Shown in pieces: positions 47,982 to 61,165 of a stretch of DNA of 64,000 nt. The stretch comes from Azolla caroliniana (Eukaryota; Plantae; Polypodiophyta): assembly GCA_043228905.1 (NCBI GenBank), contig JBHGNT010000080.1:37725-101724 (forward strand), given 5' to 3'. Position numbers and translations under genes: made by a program. The notes below the pieces were generated by a model. The model did no database searches. It saw nothing but the letters and a program-made list of their open reading frames with translations, and was not told where the DNA came from. The stretch's first letter is position 1, and the number at the start of each line of letters is the position of its first letter.

Positions 47982-50397
47982 CGTTTCCACATCAGTAAGT
48001 TTCCGCTTTAATACTATTCCATTAAGATACGATAAGCAAGCATTTATTGGAATTTAAATATTGCCACAATGGCATTTTTCGAGTTGGTTTTGATACTCTG
48101 TTCTTTCATACAATATCCATCTGAATCAATGGTAGAAATTGCACAACCAAAGCCTATGATGAATTTGGATACAGTTACTGCTTTTTATTTCTTATATGAA
48201 CGGTTTAGGTTTAACTACAGTAATAGATTTGAGTATGATACATTGCATCGTAAGAAACGGTCAAGTGGTTGGGTATGTGCGAGCATTGTTTCAACTAGTA
48301 AAAGATTTGTTTTTTGTTGCATGTTTTTATTTCTTATATGAAGAGTTCCATGATCCCCCGTGGATTTATATCATCTTGTTCATTGCATTTGAGCTTGTGT
48401 TCTTGAATGATGTCATGTTCTCTCCTTCCTTGCTGCTTTTCTCATTTTGAATTTAGAAAGCCAACTCGAAAAATGCCATTGTGGCAAGATTTAAATTCCA
48501 ATAAATGCTTGGTTATCGTATCTTAATGGAATAGTATAAAAGCAAAAACTTACTGATGTGGAAAGGTCTGGTTGGTTTTGATACTATGTTCTTTCATACA
48601 ATATCCATCTGAATCAATGGTAGAAATTGCACAACCAAAGCCTATGATGAATTTGGATACAGTTGCTGCTTTTTATTTCTTATATGAACGGTTTAGGTTT
48701 AACTACAGTAATAGATTTGAGTATGATACATTGCATCGTAAGAAACCGTTAAGTGTTTGGGTATGTGCGAGCATTGTTTCAACTAGTAAAAGATGTGTTT
48801 TTTGTTGCATGTTTTTATTTCTTATATGAAGAGTTCTATGATCCCTCGTGGATTTATATCATCTTGTTCATTGCATTTCAACTTGTGTTCCTGAATGATG
48901 TCATGTTCTCTCCTTCCTAGCTGCTTTTCTCATTTTGAATTTAGAAAGCCAACTCGAAAAATGCCATTGTGGCAAGATTTAAATTCCAATAAATGCTTGG
49001 TTATCGTATCTTAATGGAATAGTATTAAACCCGAAACTTACTGATGTGGAAACGTCTGGTTGGTTTTGATACTCTGTTCTTTTATATAATATCGATCTGA
49101 ATCAATGGTAGAAATTGCACAACCAAAGCCTATGATGAATTTGGATACAGTTACTGCTTTTTATTTCTTATATGAACGGTTTAGGTTTAACTATAGTAAT
49201 AGGTTTGTGTATGATACATTGCATCGTAAGAAACCGTTAAGTGTTTGGGTATGTGCGAGCATTGTTTCAACTAGTAAAAGATGTGTTTTTTGTTGCATGT
49301 TTTTTTTTCTTATATGAAGAGTTCTATGATCCCCCGTGGATTTATATCATCTTGTTCATTGCCTTTGAGCTTGTGTACCTGAATGATGTCATGATCTCTC
49401 CTTCCTTGCTGCATTTCTCATTTTGAATTTAGAAAGCCAACTCGAAAAATGCCATTGTGGCAAGATTTAAATTCCAATAAATGCTTGGTTATCGTATCTT
49501 AATGGAATAGTATGAAAGCGAAAACTTACTGATGTGGAAAGGTCTGGTTGGTTTTGATACTCTGTTCTTTCATACAATATTCATATGAATCAATGGTAGA
49601 AATTGCATAACCAAAGCCTATGATAAATTTGGATACAGTTGCTGCTTTTTATTTCTTATATGAAGGGTATAGGTTTAACTACAGTAATAAGTTTGTGTAT
49701 GATACATTGCATCGTAAGAAACCGTTAAGTACTTTGGTATGTGCGAGCATTGTTTCAACTAGTAAAAGATGTGTTTTTTGTTGCCTGTTTATATTTCTTA
49801 TATGAAGAGTTCTATGATCCCCCGTGGATTTATATCATCTTGTTCATTGCATTTGAGCTTGTGTTCCTGAATGATGTCATGTTCTCTCCTTCCCTGCTGC
49901 TTCTCTCATTTTGAATTTAGAAAGCCAACTCGAAAAATGCCATTGTGGCAAGATTTAAATTCCAATAAATGCTTGGCTATCGTATCTTAATGGAATAGTA
50001 TTAAACCCGAAACTTACTGATGTGGAAACGTCTGGTTGGTTTTGATATTGTGTTCTTTTATACAATATCCATCTCAATCAATGGTAGAAATTGCACAACC
50101 AAAGCCTATGATGAATTTGGATACAGTTACTGCTTTTTATTTCTTATATGAACGGTTTAGGTTTAACTACAGTAATAGATTTGAGTATGATACATTGCAT
50201 CGTAACAAACTGTTAAGTGGTTGCGTATGTGCGAGCATTGTTTCAACTAGTAAAAGGTGTGTTCTTTGTTGCCTGTTTTTATTTCTTATATGAAGAGTTC
50301 TCTCCTTCCTTGCTGCATTTCTCATTTTGAATTTAGAAAGCGAACTCGAGAAATGCCATTGTGGCAAGATTTAAATTCCAAACCCGAAACTTACTGA
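47982..50397 (+). repeat. ~488-bp tandem repeat block 4 (about 5 units, one with a ~74-bp deletion near 50300)
   Basis: Direct inspection. Confidence 0.9.
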
Positions 50398-51170
50398 TGT
50401 GGAAAAAAATGTTAAACAGCTATCTATTCTATTCTATCTAACGGCATACATACATACATACATGCGTGTTCTCTATGCCATCTTTACCATTTTCACCTCC
50501 GTGTCTTCTTCTTTTAGTTTGGTTTTAGCGGACTCGGTGTGTTTGTTACTAGCCCTCCTTGCTTATTATAGGTTATAATTAATACACACCATATCATACG
50601 TTGCAATCGGTTTAACGAAATCCTTGCATTACCTGTCTACTTGGAAGTGAGTAGCATTATTCCTGTTTGTAAGATGTGGGTCACCATAAGAGTGTCAACC
50701 AAAGAGTTTAGTGTTTAGGGTTTAGAGATGTGGTAGATTTTTGTGCTCTGTTTGCTACCTTGTTCTCAATACATACACCATCATAGGCCACAACTAAAAC
50801 AGAAGATCAATCTCCAACGACAATTGAATTAAATGACATTATTTATCATGAATACATAAGCTCTAAAGCAAACAAAGGCCTTGCCACATCAAAGATCAAA
50901 GTTTGAATCACTCAACTTATAATCACATGTGAAAACATCGGCCACTACTGACTATATAGTAAACACTACAAGTATTAACAACCTAAAAGATATTAAATCT
51001 CGGAGAATGGAGCCAATAGTACGTAAAATGAGTAGTATGTCCAGGCCTCCGACAGAGCACATAACTTCAGTTGAGATGCTAAGCAACTTCTCATTCCAAA
51101 TCTCCAGGTTCATGCAACAGAAAGAAGCAGCATTCTCTAATCCACACAACACGCCTCCAATCCATCGGCT

Positions 51171-51707
51171 TCACTCTATCATCGGAACAACTCCCCCAGC
51201 AGCAATAATTTGCTTTTCAAGCTATGAAAAAGAAGAACGAAAACCAGAATTAATTCCAGATGAAGGGAATACGTAGAAAAGAGATGGGAAGTTTCCAGAT
51301 TGTCGCAATGGGACTAATTAATAAATCAATTAATGGGGTTAATTCCAACAATGGTATTATTAATTAGGCCTTTTAAATCGTAAAGAGCACACACAAATCA
51401 TAAGTGTAGTTACAAATACAAAAATAATCCCCCCAAAAAGTAGTGGAGTGTGCATGGAGATATCTTCACCTGCATCAAAGTATCGAGCTTCTCTCTAACA
51501 GCATAAAACTCTTGTTTGATCTGCTGTAGAGCCTGCAAACACCTGTAGACACATTCGAGCACAAAAAGAAATGATAACTATAGAATTCGAAAAGATTGCA
51601 GCTAATTATACATAAATGAGTGTTGGTGTATCTACGCTTCTTTGTTGCTTGCGTCTGCATAGGCTCGAAAATCCAAGCACACAGCTTTAATTCGCAGAGC
51701 ACCTACA
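51171..51707 (-). pseudogene. AHP: Antisense copy 4 of AHP exons 4-6 (module about 50398-51763)
   Basis: Reverse complement of 31967-32503. Confidence 0.85.
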
Positions 51708-51763
51708 CTGCAAAATGCAGCAAAAACAACTTCCTGATATTATACACCCTGCAAAAAATGCCC

Positions 51764-54700
51764 CGTTTCCACATCAGTAAGTTTCCGCTTTAATACTATT
51801 CCATTAAGATACGATAACCAAGCATTTATTGGAATTTAAATATTGCCACAATGGCATTTTTCGAGTTGGTTTGGATACTCTGTTCTTTCATACAATATCC
51901 ATCTGAATCAATGGTAGAAATTGCACAACCAAAGCCTATGATGAATTTGGATACAGTTACTTCTTTTTATTTCTTATATGAACGGTTTAGGTTTAACTAC
52001 AGTAATAGATTTGAGTATGATACATTGCATCGTAAGAAACCGTTAAGTGTTTGGGTATGTGCGAGCATTGTTTCAACTAGTAAAAGATTTGTTTTTTGTT
52101 GCATGTTTTTATTTCTTATATGAAGAGTTCTATGATCCCCCGTGGATTTATATCATCTTGTTCATTGCATTTGAGCTTGTGTTCATGAATGATGTCATGT
52201 TCTCTCCTTCCTTGCTGCTTTTCTCATTTTGAATTTAGAAAGCCAACTCGAAAAATGCCATTGTGGCAAGATTTAAATTCCAATAAATGCTTGGTTATCG
52301 TATCTTAATGGAATAGTATAAAAGCAAAAACTTACTGATGTGGAAAGGTCTGGTTGGTTTTGATACTGTGTTCTTTCATACAATATCGATCTGAATCAAT
52401 GGTAGAAATTGCACAACCAAAGCCTATGATGAATTTGGATACAGTTACTGCTTTTTATTTCTTATATGAACGGTTTAGGTTTAACTACAGTAATAGATTT
52501 GAGTATGATACATTGCATCGTAAGAAACCGTTAAGTGGTTGGGTATGTGCGAGCATTGTTTCAACTAGTAAAAGATGTGTTTTTTGTTGCATGTTTGTAT
52601 TTCTTATATGAAGAGTTCTATGATCCCTCGTGGATTTATATCATCTTGTTCATTGCATTTGAGCATGTGTTCCTGAATGATGTCATGTTCTCTCCTTCCT
52701 TGCTGCTTTTCTCATTTTGATTTTAGAAGGCAACTCGAAAAATACCATTGTGGCAAGATTTAAATTCCAATAAATGCTTGGCTATCGTATCTTAATGGGA
52801 TAGTATTAAACCCGAAACTTACTGATGTGGAAAAGTCTGGTTGGTTTTGATACTCTGTTCTTTTATACAATATCGATCTGAATCAATGGTAGAAATTGCA
52901 CAACCAAAGCCTATGATGAATTTGGATATAGTTACTACTTTTTATTTCTTATATGAAGGGTTTAGGTTTAACTACAGTAATAGGTTTGTGTATGATACAT
53001 TGCATCGTAAGAAACCGTTAAGTGTTTGGGTATGTGCGAGCATTGTTTCAACTAGTAAAAGATGTGTTTTTTGTTGCCTGTTTTTATTTCTTATATGAAG
53101 AGTTCTATGATCCCCCGTGGATTTATATCATCTTGTTCATTGCATTTGAGCTTGTGTTCCTGAATGATGTCATGTTCTCTCCTTCCTTGCTGGTTTTCTC
53201 ATTTTGAATTTAGAAAGCCAACTCGAAAAATGTCATTGTGGCAAGATATAAAATTCCAATAAATGCTTGGTTATCGTATCTTAATGGAATAGTATTAAAC
53301 CCGAAACTTACTGATGTGGAAAGGTCTGGTTGGTTTTGATGTTGTGTTCTTTCAAACAATATCCTTCTGAATCAATGGTAGAAATTGCACAACCAAAGCC
53401 TATGATGAATTTGGATACAGTTACTGCTTTTTATTTCTTATATGAACGGTTTAGGTTTAACTATAGTAATAGGTTTGTGTATGATACATTGCATCGTAAG
53501 AAACCGTTAAGTGTTTGGGTATGTGCGAGCATTTGTTTCAACTAGTAAAAGATGTGTTTTTTGTTGCGTGTTTTTATTTCTTATATGAAGAGTTCTATGA
53601 TCCCCCGTGGATTTATATCATCTTGTTCATTGCATTTGAGCTTGTGTTCCTGAATGATGTCATGTTCTCTCCTTCCTTGCTGCTTTTGTCATTTTGAATT
53701 TACAAAGCCAACTCGAAAAATGACAAAAGTGGCAAGATTTAAATTCCAATAAATGCTTGGTGATCGTATCTTAATGGAATAGTATTAAAGCGGAAACTTA
53801 CTGATGTGGAAACGTCTGGTTGGTTTTGATACTCTGTTCTTTCATACAATATCCGTATGAATCAATGGTAGAAATTGCATAACCAAAGCCTATGATGAAT
53901 TTGGATACAGTTACTGCTTTTTATTTCTTATATGAACGGTTTAGGTTTAACTACAGTAATAGATTTGAGTATGATACATTGCATCGTAAGAAACCGTTAA
54001 GTGGTTGGGTATGTGCGAGCATTGTTTCAACTAGTAAAAGATGTGTTTTTTGTTGCATGTTTTTATTTCTTATATGAAGAGTTCTATGATCCCTCGTGGA
54101 TTTATATCATCTTGTTCATTGCATTTGAGCTTGTGTTCCTGAATGATGTCATGTTCTCTCCTTCCTTGCTGCTTTTCTCATTTTGATTTTAGAAGGCAAC
54201 TCGAAAAATGCCATTGTGGCAAGATTTAAATTCTAATAAATGCTTGGCTATCGTATCTTAATGGAATAGTATTAAACCCGAAACTTACTGATGTGGAAAA
54301 GTCTGCTTGGTTTTGATACTCTGTTCTTTTATACAATATCGATCTGAATCAATGGTAGAAATTGCACAACCAAAGCCTATGATGAATTTGGATATAGTTA
54401 CTGCTTTTTATTTCTTATATGAAGGGTTTAGGTTTAACTACAGTAATAGGTTTGTGTATGATACATTGCATCGTAAGAAACCGTTAAGTGTTTGGGTATG
54501 TGCGAGCATTGTTTCAACTAGTAAAAGATGTGTTTTTTGTTGCCTGTTTTTATTTCTTATATGAAGAGTTCTATGATCCCCCGTGGATTTATATTATCTT
54601 GTTCATTGCATTTGAGCTTGTGTTCCTGAATGATGTCATGTTCTCTCCTTCCCTGTTGCTTTTCTCATTTTGAATTTAGAAAGCCAACTCGAAAAATGCC

Positions 54701-55248
54701 ATTGTGGCAAGATTTAAATTCCAATAAATGCTTGGTTATCGTATCTTAATGGAATAGTATTAAACCCGAAACTTACTGATGTGAAAAGTTCTGGTTGGTT
54801 TTGATACTGTGTTCTTTCATACAATATCCATCTGAATCAATGGTAGAAATTGCACAACCAAAGCCTATGATGAATTTGGATACAGTTGCTGCTTTTTATT
54901 TCTTATATGAACGGTTTCTTACGATGCAATGTATCATACACAAACCTATTACTGTAGTTAAACCTAAACCGTTCATATAGGAAAAAAAAAGCAGTAACTG
55001 TATCCAAATTCATCAAGGCTTCGGTTGTGCAATTTCTACCATTGATTCAGATGGATATTGTATAAAAGAACACAGTATCAAAACCAACCAGACCTTTCCA
55101 CATCAGTAAGTTTCGGGTTTAATACCATTCCATTGAGATACGATAGCCAAGCATTTATTGGAATTTAAATCTTGCCACAATGGCATTTTTCGAGTTGGCT
55201 TTCTAAATTCAAAATGAGAAATGCAGCAAGGAAGGTGAGAACATGACA
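51764..55248. repeat. ~488-bp tandem repeat block 5 with fold-back at about 54912
   Basis: Mirror of block 1 with more units. Confidence 0.9.
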
Positions 55249-55747
55249 TCAAACCGTACTCACTCAGATAGGGGCTTAGCTTCTTCACCTGCCGAGCATA
55301 GCGCCCATCCAGAGGCGAGATTGCCATCAATTCGGAGCGCTCTTCTTTTTCAGTATTGTTGAGGAAGCTCTCCATAGTTGAACTAACAGTCTGTGAGAGA
55401 AGTTCAAAAATGAATATAAAACATCCACATTAAGTTTCCATTGAATATACAAATACATATGCATGTGGATATGCATATGCATGTGGATATGCATATCACA
55501 ATATTTAGAATATATATATATTGACCTTGAGGGAGGTGAGCATGTGTGCTTTGAATGGTGATGAGGAGGCGGCGGTGGTTAGGGAGAAGGCACTTCTTCT
55601 GTGTGGTTGTATGTGGATGCGTTGGGGAGGAGAAGGAAGAGGTAGCGGCGTTGGAGAACATAGAGGAGTCCAGCTGCTGCTGGAAGAATGCGGAGATGGG
55701 GCACCGAAGAAGGAAGCCAACGCTCTGGCATCAGAGGCCCAAGGCAT
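55249..55747 (-). pseudogene. purB: Inverted copy of the adenylosuccinate lyase 5' fragment
   Basis: Reverse complement of 29314-29890 without the 78-bp duplication; SPLDGRY motif. Confidence 0.85.
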
Positions 55748-57333
55748 GTTGAAGAAGAAGAAGAAGAAGAGGAGCCGATATCACACAGCAGCCAGCCGAC
55801 GTCTGTCTGTGTCTGTGTCTGTAAACAACGTTGTTTTGTGCTTTTTTATGATACCTCCTCTCCTTTAAACAACGTTCTTTTGTGCTTTTTTATGATACCT
55901 CTCCTTTTGATGTTACTGCAAGCAATAGGATTTCAACATCCAAATTAAGCATTTACATGCCCTTTCTCACTTCTACCATAACTTTTCACTCTTTGCAACT
56001 TAGAAATTTGCCTCGAGACCAACCAATTAAACATTATTCTTATTTGCAAAGTGAGCAGCGTTAAAAAAGAATGGAAGTGATGGATGGCCATGTGCGCAAA
56101 TAAGAAAAAAACATTGCATATGAATTGGATGAAGAGGCGTTCAAGTTCTACTTAGTGCAAGTTTAGCATGTGTCATGCTCGAGAAGCCTTAAACAAGCAC
56201 CTTTTTTTCTGCAAGTTAATGAAAAGCCTTGTTTTGACAAATTCGTTCAATACCTCGAGAACATAACCTAGTCTCGGAAGCATGTAATACAATATTATTA
56301 ATTCAATATTCGAAACCTATCAATGATTACCATAATGAGAGAACCATGAAGGTCTGTCAAAGCTTTGCTTTCCCCAATCTAGAGATGGTGATGGCCATAT
56401 CTCCGACCCACGAGAGATTCCTCAACCTCGACGACTACCTCCATTATTACCAGGGAAACCACATGACTCCACAAAAGACTCTATTGTGCTAAAGACTCGG
56501 AGTTTACTTGCCTCATTATTAATTATCGATCTGTGAATACATACATACATTATTACATATGTACATACAGATACATAGATACGTGTGTACGTACATAGTA
56601 CGTCTATACGTACATGCATACATACGGACATACTGTTGGGATTACGGTCCCTCCGGATGGGATGGTCGGATGTCCGGGAGTCGGGAATGAAGACCCGAAT
56701 GAGGAGTACCCGGTATCGGAGCCGGATGATGAAGACCCGGTTCCGGATCCGGATGATGAAGACCCCGGCTACGGAGCCGGATGATGAAGACCCGGTTCCG
56801 GATCCGGATGATGAAGACCCCGGCTACGGAGCCGGATGACGAATGTACCCGGAGAGAGATCCGGATGCGGGGACATATTTGTGAATATGTTTGCCAAGGG
56901 CCCTTGAGGCTATATTTGTAAATAGCCCGAAAGTCATATGTGTATAAATATGACTTAGGGCAAACAGTTTTGTAGTTTTGTTGCTCATTTTTCTGTTTTC
57001 CACTTAGAGAGAGTGAGAGAGAGCGAGAGAAAGGAAGAGGTCGACGCCTCTGTGTAATACCGCCGCCTGTGGCGAGGACAGCGAGCTCAAGGTCGTCGCC
57101 TTGCAGCTCACCATTGTACATTCCCTGCGTATAGTGATAGTTGGAGTCTTGCACTCCCGTGGTTTTTCCCGTCTAGGGTTTTCCACGCTAAATCCATTGC
57201 ATTCGAGTCTCTCTCTGTGTTTTCGATTTTCTGCTGTATTGATTCGTGTTTCCTCGGTTGTGGCCGAGAGGTGAAGGTATTGGAAAGCGTCAATCCCTAA
57301 CAATCTGGTATCAGAGCGACTGCAGTGCAGAAA

Positions 57334-58209
57334 ATGGAAGGCGGCAGCAGCGGGCAGCCGGTGATGATGGTGCTGAATGCGCAGAACTACGCCGACTGGA
57401 AGATAAAGATGGAGGATCTGCTCATTGTTCGGGACCTGTATGAACCGATCGACAGGTCGGAAATACCCAAGGGGGTACTTGAGACGGAATGGAGGCTTCT
57501 GAACCGGAAAGCCGTTGCAACCATTCGGCAATACGTCGACGTGAGCGTTCTACAACATGTGGCGAACGACACCAACGCATATGAGATGTGGCAGAAGCTG
57601 TCGGGCCTCTACGAGAGGAAGAATGCGTTGAACCGGACCTCCCTGATGAGGAAGATAGTGAACCTCAAGTACCGGGACGGCGAGAGTATGGTGGAACACG
57701 TAAGCACGTTCATGGGATTCGTGAACCAGCTTGCGGCGATCAAGTTCCCGTTGGAGGATGCAATGCAAGCCATCATCCTGATGTGTACATTGCCGGCAAG
57801 CTGGGAGAACTTGGTGGTGACTCTCAGCACCTCCTGCACCGAAGATAACTTGTCTCTACAAATGGTAAAGACAAGCATTTTGAACGAAGAAGCGCGTCGG
57901 AGAGATAAAGAACCGGCCTCCGATCCGAAGATGCTGCTTACCGAATCGGATCGGGGAAGACAACGGAACCGGAGTCCGCAAAGACGGGAGAAGTCGGGGA
58001 CCCGGTCGCAGTCAAGAGGAAGGCCCACATGCTTCCACTGTGGAAAGCCGGGGCACTTCCGAAAGAATTGTCGGCATTACCGAAAAGACAACGGAGCCGA
58101 CGACACCGATTCGAAGAAGTCTTCCGAACGGAACGGTGCTTACCGGGGAGCCACGGACCGGAATGGTTCGGATCGGAGATCATGCTCATCACCGAAGAAG
58201 GTGAACTAA
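57334..58209 (+). CDS. Copia Gag (frameshifted from pol)
   Basis: LNAQNYADWKIKMEDLL; zinc knuckle CFHCGKPGHFRKNC. Confidence 0.85.
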   Translation: MEGGSSGQPVMMVLNAQNYADWKIKMEDLLIVRDLYEPIDRSEIPKGVLETEWRLLNRKAVATIRQYVDVSVLQHVANDTNAYEMWQKLSGLYERKNALNRTSLMRKIVNLKYRDGESMVEHVSTFMGFVNQLAAIKFPLEDAMQAIILMCTLPASWENLVVTLSTSCTEDNLSLQMVKTSILNEEARRRDKEPASDPKMLLTESDRGRQRNRSPQRREKSGTRSQSRGRPTCFHCGKPGHFRKNCRHYRKDNGADDTDSKKSSERNGAYRGATDRNGSDRRSCSSPKKVN

Positions 58210-61165
58210 ACATTGCCGGCGATGAGACTACCTGGGTGGTCGATTCCGGAGTGTCGTTCCACCTGACCCCGGAAAGAAGATACTTCTCATCCTACACAGC
58301 CGGTGAGCATGGCTGTGTTCGGATGGGAAATGAAGGTACGTGCCGGATTGCCGGCATAGGAGACGTGTGGTTGACAACCTCGACCGGATGCAAAATGTTG
58401 CTGAAGGATGTCCGACACGTTCCGGAGGTTCGATTGAACCTGATTTCGGCCGGGAGGCTAGACGATGAAGGCTACACAGGTAGCATCCGGAATTGCGTAA
58501 TGAAGTTCAGCAAGGGGAACCTGATAGTGGCTCGGGCCCGGAAAGTCAACACACTGTACCTTATGAATGCCCGGTTGTGTCCGGAGGAGTTGAACGTGGC
58601 AGCCGACACTGCCGGTGAGCTGTGGCACAAGAGACTGTGCCACATGAGTGAGAAGGGGATGAAGAGGCTTGCAGAAGACAACCTTATTCCAGTGAAGCAT
58701 GTGCACCTGGAGAAGTGCACCAATTGCCTGACCGGTAAGCAGAACCGAACCTCCTTCCACTCAAGGCCACCGACGAGACGTAGCGCACCATTGGAGTTGG
58801 TGCACACTGACGTGTGTCAAGTAGAAACGAAGTCACATGGCGGAGCCCAGTACTTCGTGACATTCATTGATGACCACAGCCGGAAGCTGTGGACGGCACC
58901 GTTAAAGACAAAGGACCAAGTGTTGGGCGTCTTCAAAGAACTCCACGCGAGAGTGGAAAGGGAATCCGGCAAGAAGCTGAAAGCGATACGAGCGGATAAC
59001 GGAGGGGAATACCGAGGGCAGTTCGAGGGGTATTGTCACTCGAAGGGAATCCGGCTCGAGTTTACTGTGCCGAAGACGCCGGAACTGAACGGGCTGGCCG
59101 AGAGGATGAACCGGACCATAATGGAGAGGGTCCGGAGTATGCTGGCGCATGCGAAATTACCCAAGGGGTTTTGGGCTGAGGCAATGTCGACGGCGACATA
59201 CGTGATAAACAGATCACCCTCAGTACCTTTGGACGGAGACACGCCGCAGAGAGTGTGGACCGGTAGGGAAGTATCCTACCGGCATCTGAAGGTGTTCGGG
59301 TGTCTCGCATATGTGCATGTGGCAAAGGACCGGAGAGGAAAGCTAGATCCAAAGACCCGGCCATGCATATTCCTCGGTTACGGCGATGACGAGTTCGGCT
59401 ACCGAGTATGGGACCCGGTCGACAAAAAGATATTCCGGAGTCGTGATATCATCTTCATGGAGGACAAGACACTCGCCGACTGGGAGTCGGAGAAGAAGAT
59501 GAAGAGCTCCAAGTCGACCGGTGAGGATCAACTCTACGAGGAGCAGTCCCGACCGGCAAGGGACCGGTTAGCACTCGAGGATCCGGCCGAAGACGGTGAA
59601 GAAACAGAACCGGCCGAGGAAGATGAAACTGATACCGGAACCGGCCCCGATCCCGAAATGGATTCGGATGAAGAGGAAACGGAGGAGCCGGTTACCGAAG
59701 CTCCGGAACGGAGATATCCTCTAAGAGAGAGAAGGGCCCCCCGGAGATTTCTGGAACCAGAGCACGTGCTGCTAACCGACGAGGGGGAGCCGGAGAGTTT
59801 TGAAGAAGCAAAGCTTGACACCCATAGCCGCAGGTGGTTAAGTGCCATGCAGGAGGAGATGGATTCCCTGCATGAGAACCACACATATGAACTTGTGGAG
59901 TTGCCGAAAGGAAAGCGGGCACTTCGAAACAAGTGGGTGTTCAAGCTGAAACCGGGAGATGCCGGAAACCCCCCGAGATACAAAGCCAGGATCGTGGTGA
60001 AGGGGTTCCAGCAGAAGAAGGGCGTCGACTTCGACGAGATTTTTGCCCCGGTAGTGAAGATGACCTCCATCCGGACGGTGCTGAGCATAGCGGCAAGCAT
60101 GAACCTCGAGGTAGAACAGATGGACGTGAAGACGGCATTCCTTCACGGTGACCTCGAAGAAGAGATCTACATGCAGCAACCGAAGGATTCGAGAAGAAAG
60201 GGAAGGAGCACCTGGTATGCCGGTTGAAGAAGAGCCTTTACGGACTGAAGCAGGCTCCCCGGCAATGGTACCGGAAGTTCGACTCTTTCATGACCGACGA
60301 AGGGTACCACAAAACGCAGTCCGATCACTGCGTGTTTGTGAAGAAGTTCGAAGGAGGAGACTTTCTAATACTCCTCCTGTACGTGGACGACATGTTGATC
60401 GTCGGACGGGACCAGGTCAAGATACGGATGCTGAAGAAAGCGCTTCACCGAACCTTCTCAATGAAGGACCTGGGTCCGGCGAGGCAAATACTAGGGATGC
60501 ACATCATCCGGGACCGGAAGAAGAAGCAGTTGTGGCTGTCACAAGAGAAGTACGTGACAAAGGTGCTTCACCGGTTCAACATGTCGGAAGCAAGACCGGT
60601 CGGGTCAACCCTCCCGGCAAACTGCAAGTTGTCCAGCAAGCAAAGCCCCAAGACAAAGGCTGAGAAGGAGGACATGATGAAAGTACCATATGCCTCTGCC
60701 GTCGGAAGCTTGATGTACGCAATGGTGTGTACAAGACCGGACATAGGATATGCAGTCGGAGTGGTGAGCCGGTACATGAGCAATCCCGGCAAAGAGCACT
60801 GGAACGCGGCCAAGTGGATACTCCGATACCTGAAGGGCACGGCAAACGTGTGCCTCCGATTCGGCTCCGGTAAGCCCGAACTCGACGGCTTTACCGATTC
60901 GGATATGTCGGCTGATGCAGATACCAGCCGGTCCACATCAGGGTATGTGATGACGTATGCAGGGGGAGCTGTTTCGTGGCAGTCGAGGCTGCAGAAGACG
61001 GTTGCATTGTCAACCACGGAGGCAGAGTACATGGCAGCTGTTGAAGCCGGCAAGGAAATGATATGGATGAAGGACTTCATTAGAGAGCTCGGTATCCGGC
61101 AAGAGGAGTACCGACTCTACTGCGACAGTCAGAGTGCCATCCACCTTACGAAGAACGCGGCCTAT
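58190..61165 (+). pseudogene. Copia pol (PR, INT, RT, partial RH) with a frameshift near 60180
   Basis: WVVDSG, LWHKRLCHMS, VHTD/RADNGGEY/NGLAER, QMDVKTAFLHG, LYVDDML, FTDSD...STTEAEY. Confidence 0.9.

Larger units (their letters stand above)
56634..61165 (+). mobile_element. Ty1/Copia (Tork/Tnt1-like) 5' portion: LTR 56634-57302, PBS tRNA-iMet 57306-57317, gag-pol cut in RNase H
   Basis: TGTT...AACA LTR, TGGTATCAGAGC PBS, domain order gag-PR-INT-RT-RH. Confidence 0.93.

Noticed and set aside
30051-54980. Many 60-90 aa ORFs ([10 protein letters not shown]..., [10 protein letters not shown]...) suggesting a small-protein gene array
   Set aside because: They are translations of the 488-bp repeat, with non-ATG starts, frequent stops and frameshifts between units, and no recognisable domain.
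29891-55248. CRISPR-like array
   Set aside because: Whole units are repeated with no unique spacers, there are no cas genes, and the context is eukaryotic.
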